Source: Escherichia coli (GTDB lineage: Bacteria > Pseudomonadota > Gammaproteobacteria > Enterobacterales > Enterobacteriaceae). From it: a stretch of 64,000 nt of DNA. Under the pieces are notes generated by a model. That model had not been told where the DNA came from. It ran no database searches and saw only the letters and a list, made by a program, of their open reading frames with translations. Position 1 is the stretch's first letter, and each line of letters begins with the position of its first letter. The translations under genes and the position numbers were made by a program. Where the stretch lies: assembly GCF_013122565.1 (NCBI RefSeq), contig NZ_CP053258.1. One strand, 5' to 3'. Positions 25,337-39,977 of this stretch are shown here, piece after piece.

Positions 25337-26248
25337 GTGAGTACATTAGAACAAACAATAGGCAATACGCCTCTGGTGAAGTTGCAGCGAATGGGGCCGA
25401 ATAACGGCAGTGAAGTGTGGTTAAAACTGGAAGGCAATAACCCGGCAGGTTCGGTGAAAGATCGTGCGGCGCTTTCGATGATCGTCGAGGCGGAAAAGCG
25501 CGGGGAAATTAAACCGGGTGATGTGTTAATCGAAGCCACCAGTGGTAACACCGGCATTGCGCTGGCAATGATTGCCGCGCTTAAAGGCTATCGCATGAAA
25601 TTGCTGATGCCCGACAACATGAGCCAGGAACGCCGTGCGGCGATGCGTGCTTATGGTGCGGAACTGATTCTTGTCACCAAAGAGCAGGGCATGGAAGGTG
25701 CGCGCGATCTGGCGCTGGAGATGGCGAATCGTGGTGAAGGAAAGCTGCTCGATCAGTTCAATAATCCCGATAACCCTTATGCGCATTACACCACCACCGG
25801 GCCGGAAATCTGGCAGCAGACTGGCGGGCGCATTACCCATTTTGTCTCCAGCATGGGAACAACCGGTACTATCACCGGCGTTTCACGCTTTATGCGCGAA
25901 CAATCCAAACCGGTGACCATTGTTGGCCTGCAGCCGGAAGAGGGTAGCAGCATTCCCGGCATTCGCCGCTGGCCTGCGGAATATCTGCCGGGGATTTTCA
26001 ACGCTTCTCTGGTGGATGAGGTGCTGGATATTCATCAGCGCGATGCGGAAAACACCATGCGCGAACTGGCAGTGCGGGAAGGAATATTCTGTGGCGTCAG
26101 CTCCGGCGGCGCGGTTGCCGGAGCATTGCGGGTGGCAAAAGCTAACCCTGGTGCGGTGGTGGTAGCGATCATCTGCGATCGTGGCGATCGCTACCTCTCC
26201 ACCGGAGTGTTTGGGGAAGAGCATTTTAGCCAGGGAGCGGGGATTTAA
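25337..26248 (+). CDS. cysM: Cysteine synthase B (O-acetylserine sulfhydrylase B) CysM
   Basis: Track ORF trimmed to GTG at 25337 (MSTLEQTIGNTPLVKL...), 303 aa; PLP-enzyme fold. Confidence 0.9.
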   Translation: MSTLEQTIGNTPLVKLQRMGPNNGSEVWLKLEGNNPAGSVKDRAALSMIVEAEKRGEIKPGDVLIEATSGNTGIALAMIAALKGYRMKLLMPDNMSQERRAAMRAYGAELILVTKEQGMEGARDLALEMANRGEGKLLDQFNNPDNPYAHYTTTGPEIWQQTGGRITHFVSSMGTTGTITGVSRFMREQSKPVTIVGLQPEEGSSIPGIRRWPAEYLPGIFNASLVDEVLDIHQRDAENTMRELAVREGIFCGVSSGGAVAGALRVAKANPGAVVVAIICDRGDRYLSTGVFGEEHFSQGAGI

Positions 26249-26287
26249 GGATTAATAGCATTGGAGACTGATGACAAACGCAAAACT

Positions 26288-26371
26288 GCCTGATGTGCCA
26301 CGCTTATCAGGCCTACAAGGTTTCTGCAATATATTGAATTAGCACGATTTTGTAGGCCGGATAAGGCGTTT
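26288..26371. repeat. REP/BIME cluster downstream of cysM (left portion; interrupted by IS)
   Basis: PU copies gcctgatgtgccacgcttatcaggcctac and tgtaggccggataaggcgttt; the last unit continues after the IS as acgccgcatccggc. Confidence 0.8.
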
Positions 26372-27126
<755 letters not shown>

Positions 27127-27230
27127 ATCAGCATACTTGTCCTTAGCCTTCTGCAGTGACAGCTGGTAGTACAGCGTGCTTCTGGCCAGCCCTGCAGCCT
27201 TTAACAGGTCAGACTGGCAGTGTCCGCACT

Positions 27231-27761
27231 TCAGGCTCTGGATGACTTTCGTTTTTTCTCCAGCTCCTGGCGCTTTTTTTCCAGGAGATGCTCCTGCATG
27301 GCTTTCAGATATGCATTTTCTGCGCGAAGATAACGCAGCTCATTCTTCATCTCTTCCGGCGTCATGTTTGCCTCGTTTTCATGGGTATCATCAGAACGGG
27401 TCATGCTTTTCTCCTTCCTGCGCCTGATAAAGGCCTCATTACCAGATTTGCGGTAGCCTTTTATCCAGTTTTTAACCATGTTGTGGCTGGGAATGTTAAA
27501 CCGGGCAGCTACCCGGGGTAGAGACTCAGAATGCCCGAGAGCATAAAGAACCACGCAAAGTTTATCTTCAGGAGAATAGCTACGCTTGTGTCTGCAATCC
27601 AGTGCCTGAGGACCGTGAAGAAGAAAAAGATTAATCCAGTGTGAGAGGCTGGTGTGAGAAAGTTGAAAGAGTTTTGCCGTAGAAAGGATGCCTGCATGAC
27701 CGGCCAGGTAATGATTTACAGCGGCAAGTTTTACTTCAAATGAATGTTTCATAAACTGCAC
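27231..27761 (-). CDS. IS transposase OrfA (HTH + leucine-zipper region)
   Basis: 176-aa ORF; C-terminal heptad-like LRYLRAENAYLKAMQEHL; contains slippery heptamer near its 3' end. Confidence 0.8.
   Translation of the reverse strand: MQFMKHSFEVKLAAVNHYLAGHAGILSTAKLFQLSHTSLSHWINLFLLHGPQALDCRHKRSYSPEDKLCVVLYALGHSESLPRVAARFNIPSHNMVKNWIKGYRKSGNEAFIRRRKEKSMTRSDDTHENEANMTPEEMKNELRYLRAENAYLKAMQEHLLEKKRQELEKKRKSSRA
27274..27280 (-). other. Programmed -1 ribosomal frameshift slippery heptamer A_AAA_AAG (orfA to orfB)
   Basis: Minus-strand codons GAA AAA AAG CGC within orfA (..LLEKKRQEL..) read directly. Confidence 0.6.
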
Positions 27762-27803
27762 CTTCAGATGTCAGATTATGTCCAACATTTGGGGTGCAGT
27801 TCA

Positions 27804-27822
27804 GTTTACGCCGCATCCGGCA
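27804..27822. repeat. Right half of the REP unit split by the IS insertion
   Basis: gtttacgccgcatccggca completes the canonical REP core when joined to 26351-26371. Confidence 0.75.
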
Positions 27823-27872
27823 TAAACAAAGCGCACTTTGTCAACAGTTGTTGCTGCCGACAAATGCAGTAT

Positions 27873-28607
27873 TTAATTTTCGTGAGGAAAAGCCGTAAGG
27901 TCATCAATCATTTTTTGAAGTATTGGTGAGTCCTGACCGTCACCCCATTGAAGAATTTTTGCGGTAAGCTGATGACGTTCTAGCGCATTGAGTCCCATCT
28001 TTTTAAGTTTAAGGGAGATTTTACCCATGACTTTAATCTGACCGAATGCAGTTGCGTAGGTAATCATATTGCTCTGGATAGTGCTCATTTCATCGACTAG
28101 TAATTGCGCACGAACATCCTCTTCAAGAATACTGTCCATAGCGATGTATTTCATACCCCACATAGTTTCAATTAACATTTGAGGGAAATCAGCACAGTCC
28201 AGATCCGGCTCTTTACGGAGGCTATTTTCAAGAACGTTTAGAGCATCAGCACCTTCATCGCTGCCAAAAGGAGATTCTTCATCCCAGCAACACATATAAA
28301 GTGGATCAGTAAAATGGCACTGGAAGTTTGGGTGTGACGTTTTAACATGTAACCCAATTTCTTCATCATCAAAATAGTAGCGATCCATGAAGTTAAACTT
28401 TGGATCTTCTTGATATCCTTTTTTCATTTTTGCGGCAATCAATTTACTGGCTTCTTTCAGACACTGTTCTTCATTATCGAATTCTTTTGTATGGAATTTA
28501 CCAATACTACCTACCTTGCCATAGTTGACAGCTAAACTATCCCCTTCGTAATCTATCCACCAAAATTTATTCGATTTTTCATCGTGATAAATAAAGCATT
28601 TTTTCAT
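27873..28607 (-). CDS. yfeS: WGR-domain protein YfeS
   Basis: 244-aa ORF; WGR-like N-terminus (FWWIDYEGDSLAVNYGKVG); synteny cysM-yfeS-yfeK-pdxK. Confidence 0.85.
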   Translation of the reverse strand: MKKCFIYHDEKSNKFWWIDYEGDSLAVNYGKVGSIGKFHTKEFDNEEQCLKEASKLIAAKMKKGYQEDPKFNFMDRYYFDDEEIGLHVKTSHPNFQCHFTDPLYMCCWDEESPFGSDEGADALNVLENSLRKEPDLDCADFPQMLIETMWGMKYIAMDSILEEDVRAQLLVDEMSTIQSNMITYATAFGQIKVMGKISLKLKKMGLNALERHQLTAKILQWGDGQDSPILQKMIDDLTAFPHEN

Positions 28608-28639
28608 GTTACCTCCTGTAAATGCCTTACCAAAGCGGA

Positions 28640-29105
<466 letters not shown>

Positions 29106-29118
29106 GAGAAAAAATTAA

Positions 29119-29970
29119 ATGAGTAGTTTGTTGTTGTTTAACGATAAGAGTAGGGCGCTGCAGGCGGATATCGTCGCCGTGCAGTCGCAGGTAGTGTACG
29201 GCAGCGTAGGCAACAGCATTGCAGTGCCTGCTATAAAACAGAACGGCCTGAATGTCTTTGCCGTGCCGACGGTATTGCTGAGCAATACACCGCATTATGA
29301 CACTTTCTACGGTGGTGCGATTCCGGACGACTGGTTTAGCGGCTATTTGCGTGCGCTTCAGGAGCGTGATGCGCTGCGCCAACTTCGTGCTGTAACCACG
29401 GGCTATATGGGAACGGCATCGCAAATCAAAATCCTTGCCGAGTGGCTGACTGCGCTACGCAAAGACCATCCTGACCTATTGATCATGGTCGATCCGGTGA
29501 TTGGCGATATTGATAGCGGAATTTATGTCAAACCTGACCTTCCCGAGGCGTATCGACAATATTTACTGCCGCTGGCGCAGGGAATTACCCCCAATATCTT
29601 TGAGCTGGAAATCCTGACCGGTAAAAATTGCCGCGATCTCGACAGTGCCATTGCTGCCGCAAAAAGTCTGCTTTCAGACACATTAAAATGGGTGGTGATT
29701 ACCAGCGCCTCCGGTAATGAAGAAAATCAGGAGATGCAGGTGGTGGTGGTCACTGCCGACAGCGTGAATGTCATTTCCCATTCACGGGTAAAAACCGACC
29801 TGAAAGGGACTGGCGACCTGTTTTGTGCTCAGCTTATCAGTGGTTTGCTGAAAGGGAAGGCATTAAACGATGCGGTGCACCGCGCGGGGTTGCGCGTACT
29901 GGAAGTGATGCGCTACACCCAGCAGCATGAGAGCGATGAATTGATTTTGCCGCTGCTGGCGGAAGCATAA
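29119..29970 (+). CDS. pdxK: Pyridoxal/pyridoxine/pyridoxamine kinase PdxK
   Basis: 283-aa ribokinase-fold ORF; sequence matches recalled PdxK. Confidence 0.93.
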   Translation: MSSLLLFNDKSRALQADIVAVQSQVVYGSVGNSIAVPAIKQNGLNVFAVPTVLLSNTPHYDTFYGGAIPDDWFSGYLRALQERDALRQLRAVTTGYMGTASQIKILAEWLTALRKDHPDLLIMVDPVIGDIDSGIYVKPDLPEAYRQYLLPLAQGITPNIFELEILTGKNCRDLDSAIAAAKSLLSDTLKWVVITSASGNEENQEMQVVVVTADSVNVISHSRVKTDLKGTGDLFCAQLISGLLKGKALNDAVHRAGLRVLEVMRYTQQHESDELILPLLAEA

Positions 29971-29999
29971 AAAAATGGCGCCGATGGGCGCCATTTTTC
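29969..29999. terminator. Bidirectional terminator between convergent pdxK and crr
   Basis: aaaaaaatGGCGCCgatgGGCGCCattttt: self-complementary GC stem flanked by A and T runs. Confidence 0.7.
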
Positions 30000-30012
30000 A
30001 CTGCGGCAAGAA

Positions 30013-30522
30013 TTACTTCTTGATGCGGATAACCGGGGTTTCACCCACAGTCACGCTACCGGACAGTTTGATCAGTTCTTTGATTTCGTCCATGTTGGAG
30101 ATAACAACCGGAGTCAGGGTAGACTTGGCTTTCTCTTCCAGCAGCGGCAGATCAAATTCAATGACAGTATCGCCAACTTTCACGCGCTGACCTTCTTCAG
30201 CAATACGCTTGAAGCCTTCGCCTTTCAGTTCAACGGTGTCGATACCGAAGTGGACGAACAGTTCAACGCCGCTATCAGATTCGATAGAGAATGCGTGGTT
30301 GGTTTCAAAGATTTTACCAATGGTGCCGTCTACAGGCGCGACCATTTTGTTACCCGTTGGTTTGATAGCAATACCATCACCAACGATTTTTTCCGCAAAA
30401 ACGACATCCGGCACGTCTTCGATATTGACGATCTCGCCAGAGAGCGGAGCAATGATCTCAATAGTTCCGGTATCCTTCTTGTCGTCGGAAACCAGAGATT
30501 TCAGTTTATCGAACAAACCCAT
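30013..30522 (-). CDS. crr: PTS glucose-specific EIIA component Crr
   Basis: 169-aa ORF; exact-looking match to recalled EIIA-Glc. Confidence 0.97.
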
Positions 30523-30562
30523 GATCTTCTCCTAAGCAGTAAATTGGGCCGCATCTCGTGGA

Positions 30563-32290
30563 TTAGCAGATTGTTTTTTCTTCAATGAACTTGTTAACCA
30601 GCGTCATTAACTCGTCCGTTGTCGGTTGAGCAAGAGCCTGCTCTGCTAACACCTTCGCATCTTCGAAGTTCGTGTTACGGATAATCTTCTTAATGCGCGG
30701 GATAGAAATGGCGCTCATAGAGAATTCGTCCAGACCCATCCCCAGCAACAGAAGTGTAGCACGTTCATCGCCAGCAAGCTCACCACACATGCCAGTCCAT
30801 TTGCCTTCAGCATGAGAAGCATCAATAACTTGCTTGATCAAGTTCAGCACGGACGGTGACATTGGCTGGTAAAGGTGTGAAATCATATCATTACCACGGT
30901 CAACTGCCAGAGTGTACTGCGTTAAATCATTGGTGCCGATACTAAAGAAATCAACTTCTTTGGCTAAATGACGTGCAATTGTTGCGGCAGCCGGTGTTTC
31001 CACCATTACGCCGATTTCAATTGACTCGTCAAACGCTTTACCTTCGTCGCGCAGTTCCTGTTTGTAGATTTCAATCTCTTTGCGCAGTGTACGCACTTCT
31101 TCAACAGAGATGATCATCGGGAACATAATGCGCAATTTACCGAAAGCCGAGGCACGCAGGATAGCGCGGAGCTGATCGCGCAGGATCTCTTTACGATCCA
31201 TCGCGATACGGATAGCGCGCCAGCCGAGGAACGGGTTCTCTTCTTTCGGGAAGTTCATGTATGGCAGCTCTTTGTCGCCGCCGATGTCCATGGTACGAAC
31301 GATAACCGCCTGCGAGCCACACGCTTCAGCCACTGCTTTGTAAGCAGCAAACTGTTCTTCTTCAGTGGGCAGCGCGTCGCGGTCCATGAACAGGAACTCA
31401 GTACGATACAGACCAACGCCTTCAGCGCCGTTACGCTCTGCACCTTCAACGTCACGAACCGTACCAATGTTTGCGCACACTTCTACCTGGTGACCGTCCA
31501 GCGTAATAGCTGGCAGATCTTTCAGTTTAGCAAGCTCTGCTTTTTCAGAAGCCACTTGCTCCTGAACAGCGCGCATTTTATCAATAACTTCGTTGGTTGG
31601 ATTGACGTAAACCTGATTATTTACGGCATCCAGAATCAGATAGTCGTCATTTTTCACCTGAGAGGTGACGCTACCGGTACCCACGATAGCAGGCAGTTCC
31701 AGAGAACGCGCCATGATAGAGGTGTGGGAAGTACGGCCACCCGCGTCGGTGATGAAACCCAGCACCTTCTTCAGGTTCAGCTGTGCGGTTTCGGACGGCG
31801 TCAGGTCAGCGGCAACCAGAATGACTTCATCCTGAATGGCGCTCAGGTCGATAATCTTCAGGCCCAGGATGTTGCGCAGCAGGCGCTTACCGATATCACG
31901 TACGTCAGCCGCACGTTCTTTCAGGTATTCATCATCCAACTCTTCCAGGGCAGAAGCCTGACCTTCGATAACTTCATGAGCAGCTGCGTCAGCTGTCATG
32001 TGCTTATCTTTAATCAGGGCTATGATTTCCTGCTCCAGCTCCTCATCTTCGAGCAGCATAATATGCCCTTCAAAGATGGCTTCTTTTTCTTCACCGAACG
32101 TTTCACCAGCTTTCGTTTTGATCGTTTCCAGCTGGGCTGATGCCTTGGCACGACCGCTCAGAAAACGTTCAACTTCCTGATCAACCTGGTCGGCAGAAAT
32201 TTTTTTCCGGTCAATGACAATTTCGTCTTCTTTCAGAAGCAGAGCTTTACCGAAAGCGATACCCGGGGATGCTAAAATGCCTGAAATCAT
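30563..32290 (-). CDS. ptsI: PTS Enzyme I (phosphoenolpyruvate-protein phosphotransferase) PtsI
   Basis: 575-aa ORF; ptsHI-crr synteny. Confidence 0.97.
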   Translation of the reverse strand: MISGILASPGIAFGKALLLKEDEIVIDRKKISADQVDQEVERFLSGRAKASAQLETIKTKAGETFGEEKEAIFEGHIMLLEDEELEQEIIALIKDKHMTADAAAHEVIEGQASALEELDDEYLKERAADVRDIGKRLLRNILGLKIIDLSAIQDEVILVAADLTPSETAQLNLKKVLGFITDAGGRTSHTSIMARSLELPAIVGTGSVTSQVKNDDYLILDAVNNQVYVNPTNEVIDKMRAVQEQVASEKAELAKLKDLPAITLDGHQVEVCANIGTVRDVEGAERNGAEGVGLYRTEFLFMDRDALPTEEEQFAAYKAVAEACGSQAVIVRTMDIGGDKELPYMNFPKEENPFLGWRAIRIAMDRKEILRDQLRAILRASAFGKLRIMFPMIISVEEVRTLRKEIEIYKQELRDEGKAFDESIEIGVMVETPAAATIARHLAKEVDFFSIGTNDLTQYTLAVDRGNDMISHLYQPMSPSVLNLIKQVIDASHAEGKWTGMCGELAGDERATLLLLGMGLDEFSMSAISIPRIKKIIRNTNFEDAKVLAEQALAQPTTDELMTLVNKFIEEKTIC

Positions 32291-32334
32291 AACCCTACCT
32301 TACTTGTGACTGATTTTTAAAAGAACCCGGGAAA

Positions 32335-32592
32335 TTACTCGAGTTCCGCCATCAGTTTAACCAGATGTTCAACCGCTTTCTGCTCGTCTTCGCCTTCTGC
32401 GGAGATAGTCACAACGGTACCTTGAGTCAGGCCCAGAGTCTGCAGTTTAAACAGGCTTTTCGCGCTGGCGCTTTTGCCGTTGGAAGTCACAGTAATTTCA
32501 GAAGTGAAGCCCTTAGCTTCTTTTACAAACTGGGCAGCAGGGCGGGTGTGCAGACCGTTCGGAGCGGTAATGGTAACTTCTTGCTGGAACAT
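32335..32592 (-). CDS. ptsH: Phosphocarrier protein HPr
   Basis: 85-aa ORF with active-site His context (NGLHTRPAA). Confidence 0.97.
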
Positions 32593-32924
32593 TGTATTTC
32601 CCCAACTTATAGGTTTAGTGTTGTGGAACTAAAGTCTAGCCTGGCGGTTCGACTTTAGCCTGGATAGTTAGCGCCAGTTTTTAACAGACGCGACGCACGA
32701 AGAGCGCAATACAGTCCATTGCTGGCGGGTGTTGACCGCTGACGTTTCGTACGTCATTAAACATTATGCCGCTAAAGGAAGAATTGAACCAAATCATAAA
32801 ATCGATTCAGCTTTGGCTTTTCCTGTAACGATTAATTTCGCGCATCAAAATAATTAGTCTGGTTAAATACCAGTTCCGACAGGCTGAATCAATGCCAGGA
32901 GGGGCGAAAGTTTGAAGCAGGCCA

Positions 32925-32953
32925 CAAAAAAGCACCTGAAAAGGTGCTTTTTT
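32925..32953 (-). terminator. cysK rho-independent terminator
   Basis: aaaaaagcacctgaaaaggtgctttttt hairpin just downstream of cysK stop. Confidence 0.7.
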
Positions 32954-32975
32954 ACGCATTTTTAACAAGCTGGCA

Positions 32976-33947
32976 TTACTGTTGCAATTCTTTCTCAGTG
33001 AAGAGATCGGCAAACAATGCGGTGCTTAAATAACGCTCACCCGATGATGGTAGAATAACCACAACATTCTTGTTGGTAAAGCTTTCATCTTCTTGTAGTT
33101 TCAACGCCGCAGCAACAGCTGCTCCAGAAGAGATACCTGCAAGAATACCTTCTTCTTCCATTAGACGACGGGCGGTAGAAATGGCTTCTTCATTGGTGAT
33201 GCCAATGACTTTATCGACCAGCTTGAGATCGAGGTTAGCCGGGATAAAACCAGCGCCAATACCCTGAATTTTATGCGGGCCAGGTTTAATCTCTTCACCT
33301 GCCAGCGCCTGGGCGATAACTGGAGAATCGGTTGGCTCAACGGCGACAGAGATAAGATCGGTCTTGCCTTTAGTGCCTTTAATGTAGCGGCTAACGCCAG
33401 TCAGCGTACCGCCAGTCCCAACGCCAGCAATAAATACATCAACCTGACCGTCGGTATCTTCCCAGATCTCCGGACCGGTGGTTTTTTCGTGAATTTCAGG
33501 GTTTGCCGGATTGCTGAATTGTTGCAGCAGCAGGTATTTATCTGGATTGCTGGCGACAATTTCTTCTGCTTTTTGGATTGCGCCTTTCATGCCTTTAGCA
33601 CCTTCGGTCAGCACCAGGTTTGCACCTAACGCTTTCAGCAGCTTGCGGCGTTCAATACTCATGGTTTCTGGCATGGTCAGGGTAAGTTTGTAACCGCGAG
33701 CGGCAGCGACATAGGCCAGTGCAATCCCGGTATTACCGCTGGTTGGTTCAACCAGTTCAACGCCTGGTTTAAGCACGCCGCGCTTTTCGGCATCCCAAAT
33801 CATGTTGGCACCGATACGGCACTTAACGCTGAAGCTGGGGTTACGAGATTCCACCTTCGCCAGAATGCGTCCGTTACCGATGCGATTCAGGCGAACCAGC
33901 GGCGTGTGACCGATAGTCAGCGAGTTATCTTCAAAAATCTTACTCAT
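32976..33947 (-). CDS. cysK: Cysteine synthase A (O-acetylserine sulfhydrylase A) CysK
   Basis: 323-aa PLP-enzyme ORF. Confidence 0.97.
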   Translation of the reverse strand: MSKIFEDNSLTIGHTPLVRLNRIGNGRILAKVESRNPSFSVKCRIGANMIWDAEKRGVLKPGVELVEPTSGNTGIALAYVAAARGYKLTLTMPETMSIERRKLLKALGANLVLTEGAKGMKGAIQKAEEIVASNPDKYLLLQQFSNPANPEIHEKTTGPEIWEDTDGQVDVFIAGVGTGGTLTGVSRYIKGTKGKTDLISVAVEPTDSPVIAQALAGEEIKPGPHKIQGIGAGFIPANLDLKLVDKVIGITNEEAISTARRLMEEEGILAGISSGAAVAAALKLQEDESFTNKNVVVILPSSGERYLSTALFADLFTEKELQQ

Positions 33948-34131
33948 GGCCTGTCCTTAACTGTATGAAATTGGGATACAACAGGTAGCATACCCGCTCA
34001 GAGAATATGCGGAAGTAAGGATTTAGCATATCTATATGCAGAAGGGAAATAATGACATGCAAGATGGAATAAGGGGCGGCATAAGCAACCCCTGTTTCAC
34101 ACAAGCGGTTTACAAAATAACCGGTAGATTG

Positions 34132-34893
34132 TTACCGCCACATCGCGTGTTTATCGCGATAGCAATCGACCCACATCGCCGTCGCGCCACAAACGGCAAC
34201 GGGCATGATGAACAGATTAAGCAGAGGGATCATCGTAAACAGGCTGGTTAAAGCACCAAACTGCATATTGGTGATTTTGCGTGTGCGCAGGGCGGTGCGC
34301 ATCTCTTTAAACGGCACTTTGTGGTTATCGAAGGGGTAATCGCAATACTGGATGGCTAACATCCAGGCGCTAAACAGGAACCACAGTACCGGCGCGACGG
34401 TTTGCCCAATACCAGGGATGAAGTAAAGAATTAGCAATACAATTGCGCGCGGCAGATACCAGGCAAATTTTTGCCATTCGCGTTTCATGATTCGCGGCAC
34501 ATCTTTCATGATACCGAAAATCCCGGTATCTGGCGGTGTAGCGCCAGTCAGTCTTGCTTCCAGTTGTTCAGCCAATAAACCGTTAAACGGAGCGGCAATC
34601 CAGTTAGCAATCGTTGAGAAGAAATAGCCAAACACTAACAGCACAGAGATGACAGCCAGAGGCCACAACAGATAGCTCAGCCATTGTAACCAGTCCGGAA
34701 CATAACTCATGAGAGTCGGGATCCAGACATCGAGTTGCGTAAAGAGCCACCAGAATGCGCCCCCCATCAACAAAATATTGACCAGCAGCGGTAAAATAAC
34801 GAAACGCCGAATCCCTGGTTGCGAGACGAGCTTCCAGCCTTGCGCAAAATAGTAAAAACCGCTGCGTGGGGCAGATGTGAATGATGAAACCAT
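34132..34893 (-). CDS. cysZ: Sulfate transporter CysZ
   Basis: 253-aa membrane ORF upstream of cysK. Confidence 0.93.
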
Positions 34894-35122
34894 AATCAGG
34901 ATGAGCTCCTTTTGACCAATCCCAGGAAAATTCTGCGTATTTTACCGGGTAATTGCGCAATGGACAGTTAGGATATGTTCGAAAAAACAGCAAAAAGCAC
35001 GATTTCATCTATCTTTGTGCTGTGAAAGTTAATAGTGCACTTGCACTTGAGGTAATCGGCAAATACTCTTAGTGAGTAAATGTTTGCCGTGGTGGCAAGG
35101 TGTTAGAACAACAGAGAATATA

Positions 35123-36121
35123 ATGATGCAGGATTTGCGTCTGATATTAATCATTGTTGGCGCGATCGCCATAATCGCTTTACTGGTACATGGTTTCTGG
35201 ACCAGCCGTAAAGAACGATCTTCTATGTTCCGCGATCGGCCATTAAAACGAATGAAGTCAAAACGTGACGACGATTCTTATGACGAGGATGTCGAAGATG
35301 ATGAGGGCGTTGGTGAGGTTCGAGTTCACCGCGTGAATCATGCCCCGGCTAACGCCCAGGAGCATGAGGCTGCTCGTCCGTCGCCGCAACACCAGTACCA
35401 ACCGCCTTATGCGTCTGCCCAGCCCCGTCAACCGGTCCAGCAGCCGCCTGAAGCGCAGGTACCGCCGCAACATGCTCCGCGTCCAGCGCAGCCGGTGCAG
35501 CAACCCGTGCAGCAGCCTGCCTATCAGCCGCAGCCTGAACAGCCGTTGCAGCAGCCAGTTTCGCCACAGGTCGCATCAGCGCCGCAGCCAGTGCATTCAG
35601 CACCGCAATCGGCACAACAGGCTTTCCAGCCTGCAGAACCCGTAGCGGCACCACAGCCTGAGCCTGTAGTGGAACCGGCTCCAGTTATGGATAAACCGAA
35701 GCGCAAAGAAGCGGTGATTATCATGAACGTCGCGGCGCATCACGGTAGCGAGCTAAACGGTGAACTGCTTCTTAACAGCATTCAACAAGCGGGCTTCATT
35801 TTTGGCGATATGAATATTTACCATCGTCATCTTAGCCCGGATGGCAGCGGCCCGGCGTTATTTAGCCTGGCGAATATGGTGAAACCGGGAACCTTTGATC
35901 CTGAAATGAAGGATTTCACTACTCCGGGTGTCACTATCTTTATGCAGGTACCGTCTTACGGTGACGAGCTGCAGAACTTCAAGCTGATGCTGCAATCTGC
36001 GCAGCATATTGCCGATGAAGTGGGCGGTGTAGTGCTTGACGATCAGCGCCGTATGATGACTCCGCAGAAATTGCGCGAGTACCAGGACATCATCCGCGAA
36101 GTCAAAGACGCCAACGCCTGA
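35123..36121 (+). CDS. zipA: Cell division protein ZipA
   Basis: Trimmed to ATG 35123 ([18 protein letters not shown]...); N-terminal TM anchor, P/Q-rich linker, C-terminal FtsZ-binding domain. Confidence 0.93.
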   Translation: MMQDLRLILIIVGAIAIIALLVHGFWTSRKERSSMFRDRPLKRMKSKRDDDSYDEDVEDDEGVGEVRVHRVNHAPANAQEHEAARPSPQHQYQPPYASAQPRQPVQQPPEAQVPPQHAPRPAQPVQQPVQQPAYQPQPEQPLQQPVSPQVASAPQPVHSAPQSAQQAFQPAEPVAAPQPEPVVEPAPVMDKPKRKEAVIIMNVAAHHGSELNGELLLNSIQQAGFIFGDMNIYHRHLSPDGSGPALFSLANMVKPGTFDPEMKDFTTPGVTIFMQVPSYGDELQNFKLMLQSAQHIADEVGGVVLDDQRRMMTPQKLREYQDIIREVKDANA

Positions 36122-36151
36122 TACACTTAAGGCAAATTAACTCCTCTTCGA

Positions 36152-36175
36152 ACCCCCGCTTGTCGGGGGTTTTTA
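36152..36175 (+). terminator. zipA-distal hairpin
   Basis: acccccgcttgtcgggggttttt. Confidence 0.6.
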
Positions 36176-36182
36176 GCATTGA

Positions 36183-38207
<2,025 letters not shown>

Positions 38208-38208
38208 G

Positions 38209-38427
38209 ATGGAAAAAGAGCAGCTGATTGAAATAGCCAATACGATAATGCCGTTTGGCAAATACAAAGGGCGTCGCTTAATCGACCTGCCGGAGGAGTA
38301 TCTGCTGTGGTTTGCCCGCAAAGATGAGTTCCCGGCAGGGAAGCTCGGTGAGCTAATGCAAATCACGCTGCTGATTAAAACCGAGGGGCTGACGCAACTG
38401 GTCCAGCCCCTGAAGCGTCCGCTTTAA
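38209..38427 (+). CDS. ypeB: Small protein YpeB (DUF3820)
   Basis: Trimmed to ATG 38209 (MEKEQLIEIANTIMPFGKYKGRR...), 72 aa, immediately after ligA stop. Confidence 0.8.
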   Translation: MEKEQLIEIANTIMPFGKYKGRRLIDLPEEYLLWFARKDEFPAGKLGELMQITLLIKTEGLTQLVQPLKRPL

Positions 38428-39422
38428 GCTTTATCGGCGCTGCTTTCCTGCTGCGCCTGTAACTGTTCGGTCTGGCGTTTGTATCGACGCGCCAGCACCG
38501 CACAGACCATCAATTGGATCTGATGGAAAATCATCAGGGGCAGCACCATCATACCGATCACCGATGTGGGGAACAGAATGTTTGCCATCGGGATGCCATT
38601 TGCCAGACTCTTTTTCGAACCACAAAAGACGATAGTAATTTCATCTGCTTTATTGAAGCCCAGTCGGCGTGCCATAAAGACGTTAACTACAATCACGATA
38701 GCCAGAAGAACGCAGCTGGCCACCACGATAAACAGCAATGATCCCCAGCCAACTTTATGCCAGATACCATTAACGACGGCTTCGCTGAACGCTGTATAAA
38801 CCACCAACAGAATGGACGTCTGGTCAGTTTTCGCAATCCATTTTTTATTGCGCGACACCCAGTCACCAATCCACGGCCGGGAAAGATGCCCTAACACAAA
38901 CGGCAGCAACAGTTGCAGCATAATTTTACCGACCTGCTCAAGGCTGCCCCCTGCACCGTGAACATTCATCACCAGGCCAACCAACAATGGTGAAAGGAAA
39001 ATCCCCAGCAGGCTGGATGCCGACGCAGAACAAACCGCCGCCGCGACGTTACCGCCCGCCATTGACGTGAAGGCGATTGCAGACTGCACGGTCGCGGGGA
39101 GAATGCACAAGTAGAGAAAACCGGAGTAGAGCATCGGGTCGACATTTACCGGTTTCCACCAGGCAAACAGCACGCCCAGAATCGGAAACAGCACGAAGGT
39201 GCTGCACATTACCCACAAATGCAGTCGCCAGTGACCACCGCCAGCAATAATCGCCTCACGCGACAACTTCGCGCCGTGCATAAAGAACAGCAGGGCAATC
39301 GCTGCGGTGGTCAGATTTTCAAAGAAGGGGACGAAATCGCCTCTGGCCGGAAAGAAAGAGGCCAACAACACCACCGTGATCAGGGTTAAGGTGAAAGGAT
39401 CGAGGATACGAAAAAGTTTCAT
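38424..39422 (-). CDS. yfeH: Bile acid:sodium symporter (BASS) family transporter YfeH
   Basis: 332-aa polytopic membrane ORF. Confidence 0.9.
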   Translation of the reverse strand: MKLFRILDPFTLTLITVVLLASFFPARGDFVPFFENLTTAAIALLFFMHGAKLSREAIIAGGGHWRLHLWVMCSTFVLFPILGVLFAWWKPVNVDPMLYSGFLYLCILPATVQSAIAFTSMAGGNVAAAVCSASASSLLGIFLSPLLVGLVMNVHGAGGSLEQVGKIMLQLLLPFVLGHLSRPWIGDWVSRNKKWIAKTDQTSILLVVYTAFSEAVVNGIWHKVGWGSLLFIVVASCVLLAIVIVVNVFMARRLGFNKADEITIVFCGSKKSLANGIPMANILFPTSVIGMMVLPLMIFHQIQLMVCAVLARRYKRQTEQLQAQQESSADKA

Positions 39423-39939
39423 AAAGACTCCAGATGATCGATGCTTTCATTGTGCGTTGTTCTGATTGATAAATAAAACTGAATTGCTTATCAATTTGTG
39501 CGCGAGGAGTGTGAGTGAGTTGCTCGCTCGCTTCGACTGGTTGGCAGAGCGGGGGAGGATATCCCGGATGAGACAAATAAGACGTTCGACAAGAGAATCA
39601 GGTGACTACAGAAAAAATCACAGGATGTTATTACTGCTGATGTTCATGTCGGTTTTCGCGTTATCAGAACTGGTTTTAGAACTGCTATTTAATCGATAAT
39701 GCCATTCTGCAGGAAAGCTTTACCTACTTTATTATTTGCGGTGTGGTAAAACCTGGTCACCAGAGGCAGGTTTAATACCAGACGCTGTCTTTTATCAGAT
39801 ATCCCATGTAAATAATAAATGCAATGAATATTAATTCATTATGTATTTATTTTGTGATTGTTTGGTGTTACTAGTTTGTTGGACAAATAACAACTCTAAC
39901 TAATACATAAACCTTGCATAGTGACAGAGTATCGATCTG

Positions 39940-39977
39940 AATGTTTTCAACATTGATATCAAATTGCAATTGATATC
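39940..39977. promoter_or_regulatory. Candidate operator upstream of the NupG-like transporter: inverted repeat ATGTT-ttc-AACAT followed by two TTGATATC palindromes spaced 17 bp
   Basis: Read directly: gaATGTTttcAACATTGATATCaaattgcaaTTGATATCcg, 75-110 bp upstream of the 40051 start. Confidence 0.35.

Noticed and set aside
32593-32975. CRP, Mlc and Cra sites in the ptsH promoter region, and CysB sites upstream of cysP (21127-21391) and cysK (33948-34131)
   Set aside because: These sites are expected from established knowledge, but I could not place individual operators to the base pair with confidence from sequence alone, so no coordinates are reported.
32807-33013. 68-aa ORF in the ptsH-cysK intergenic region
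   Set aside because: Overlaps the cysK terminator and 3' end; region is known promoter DNA for ptsH; no RBS.
39500-39560. Possible remnant of yfeR 5' end next to yfeH
   Set aside because: No open frame with LysR-type HTH is detectable in the leader, so no pseudogene was called.
39466-39699. 77-aa ORF in the AT-rich leader between yfeH and the NupG-like gene
   Set aside because: Initiates at TTG with no RBS and has low-complexity, AT-driven composition; treated as non-coding. A small regulatory RNA or peptide cannot be excluded without expression data.
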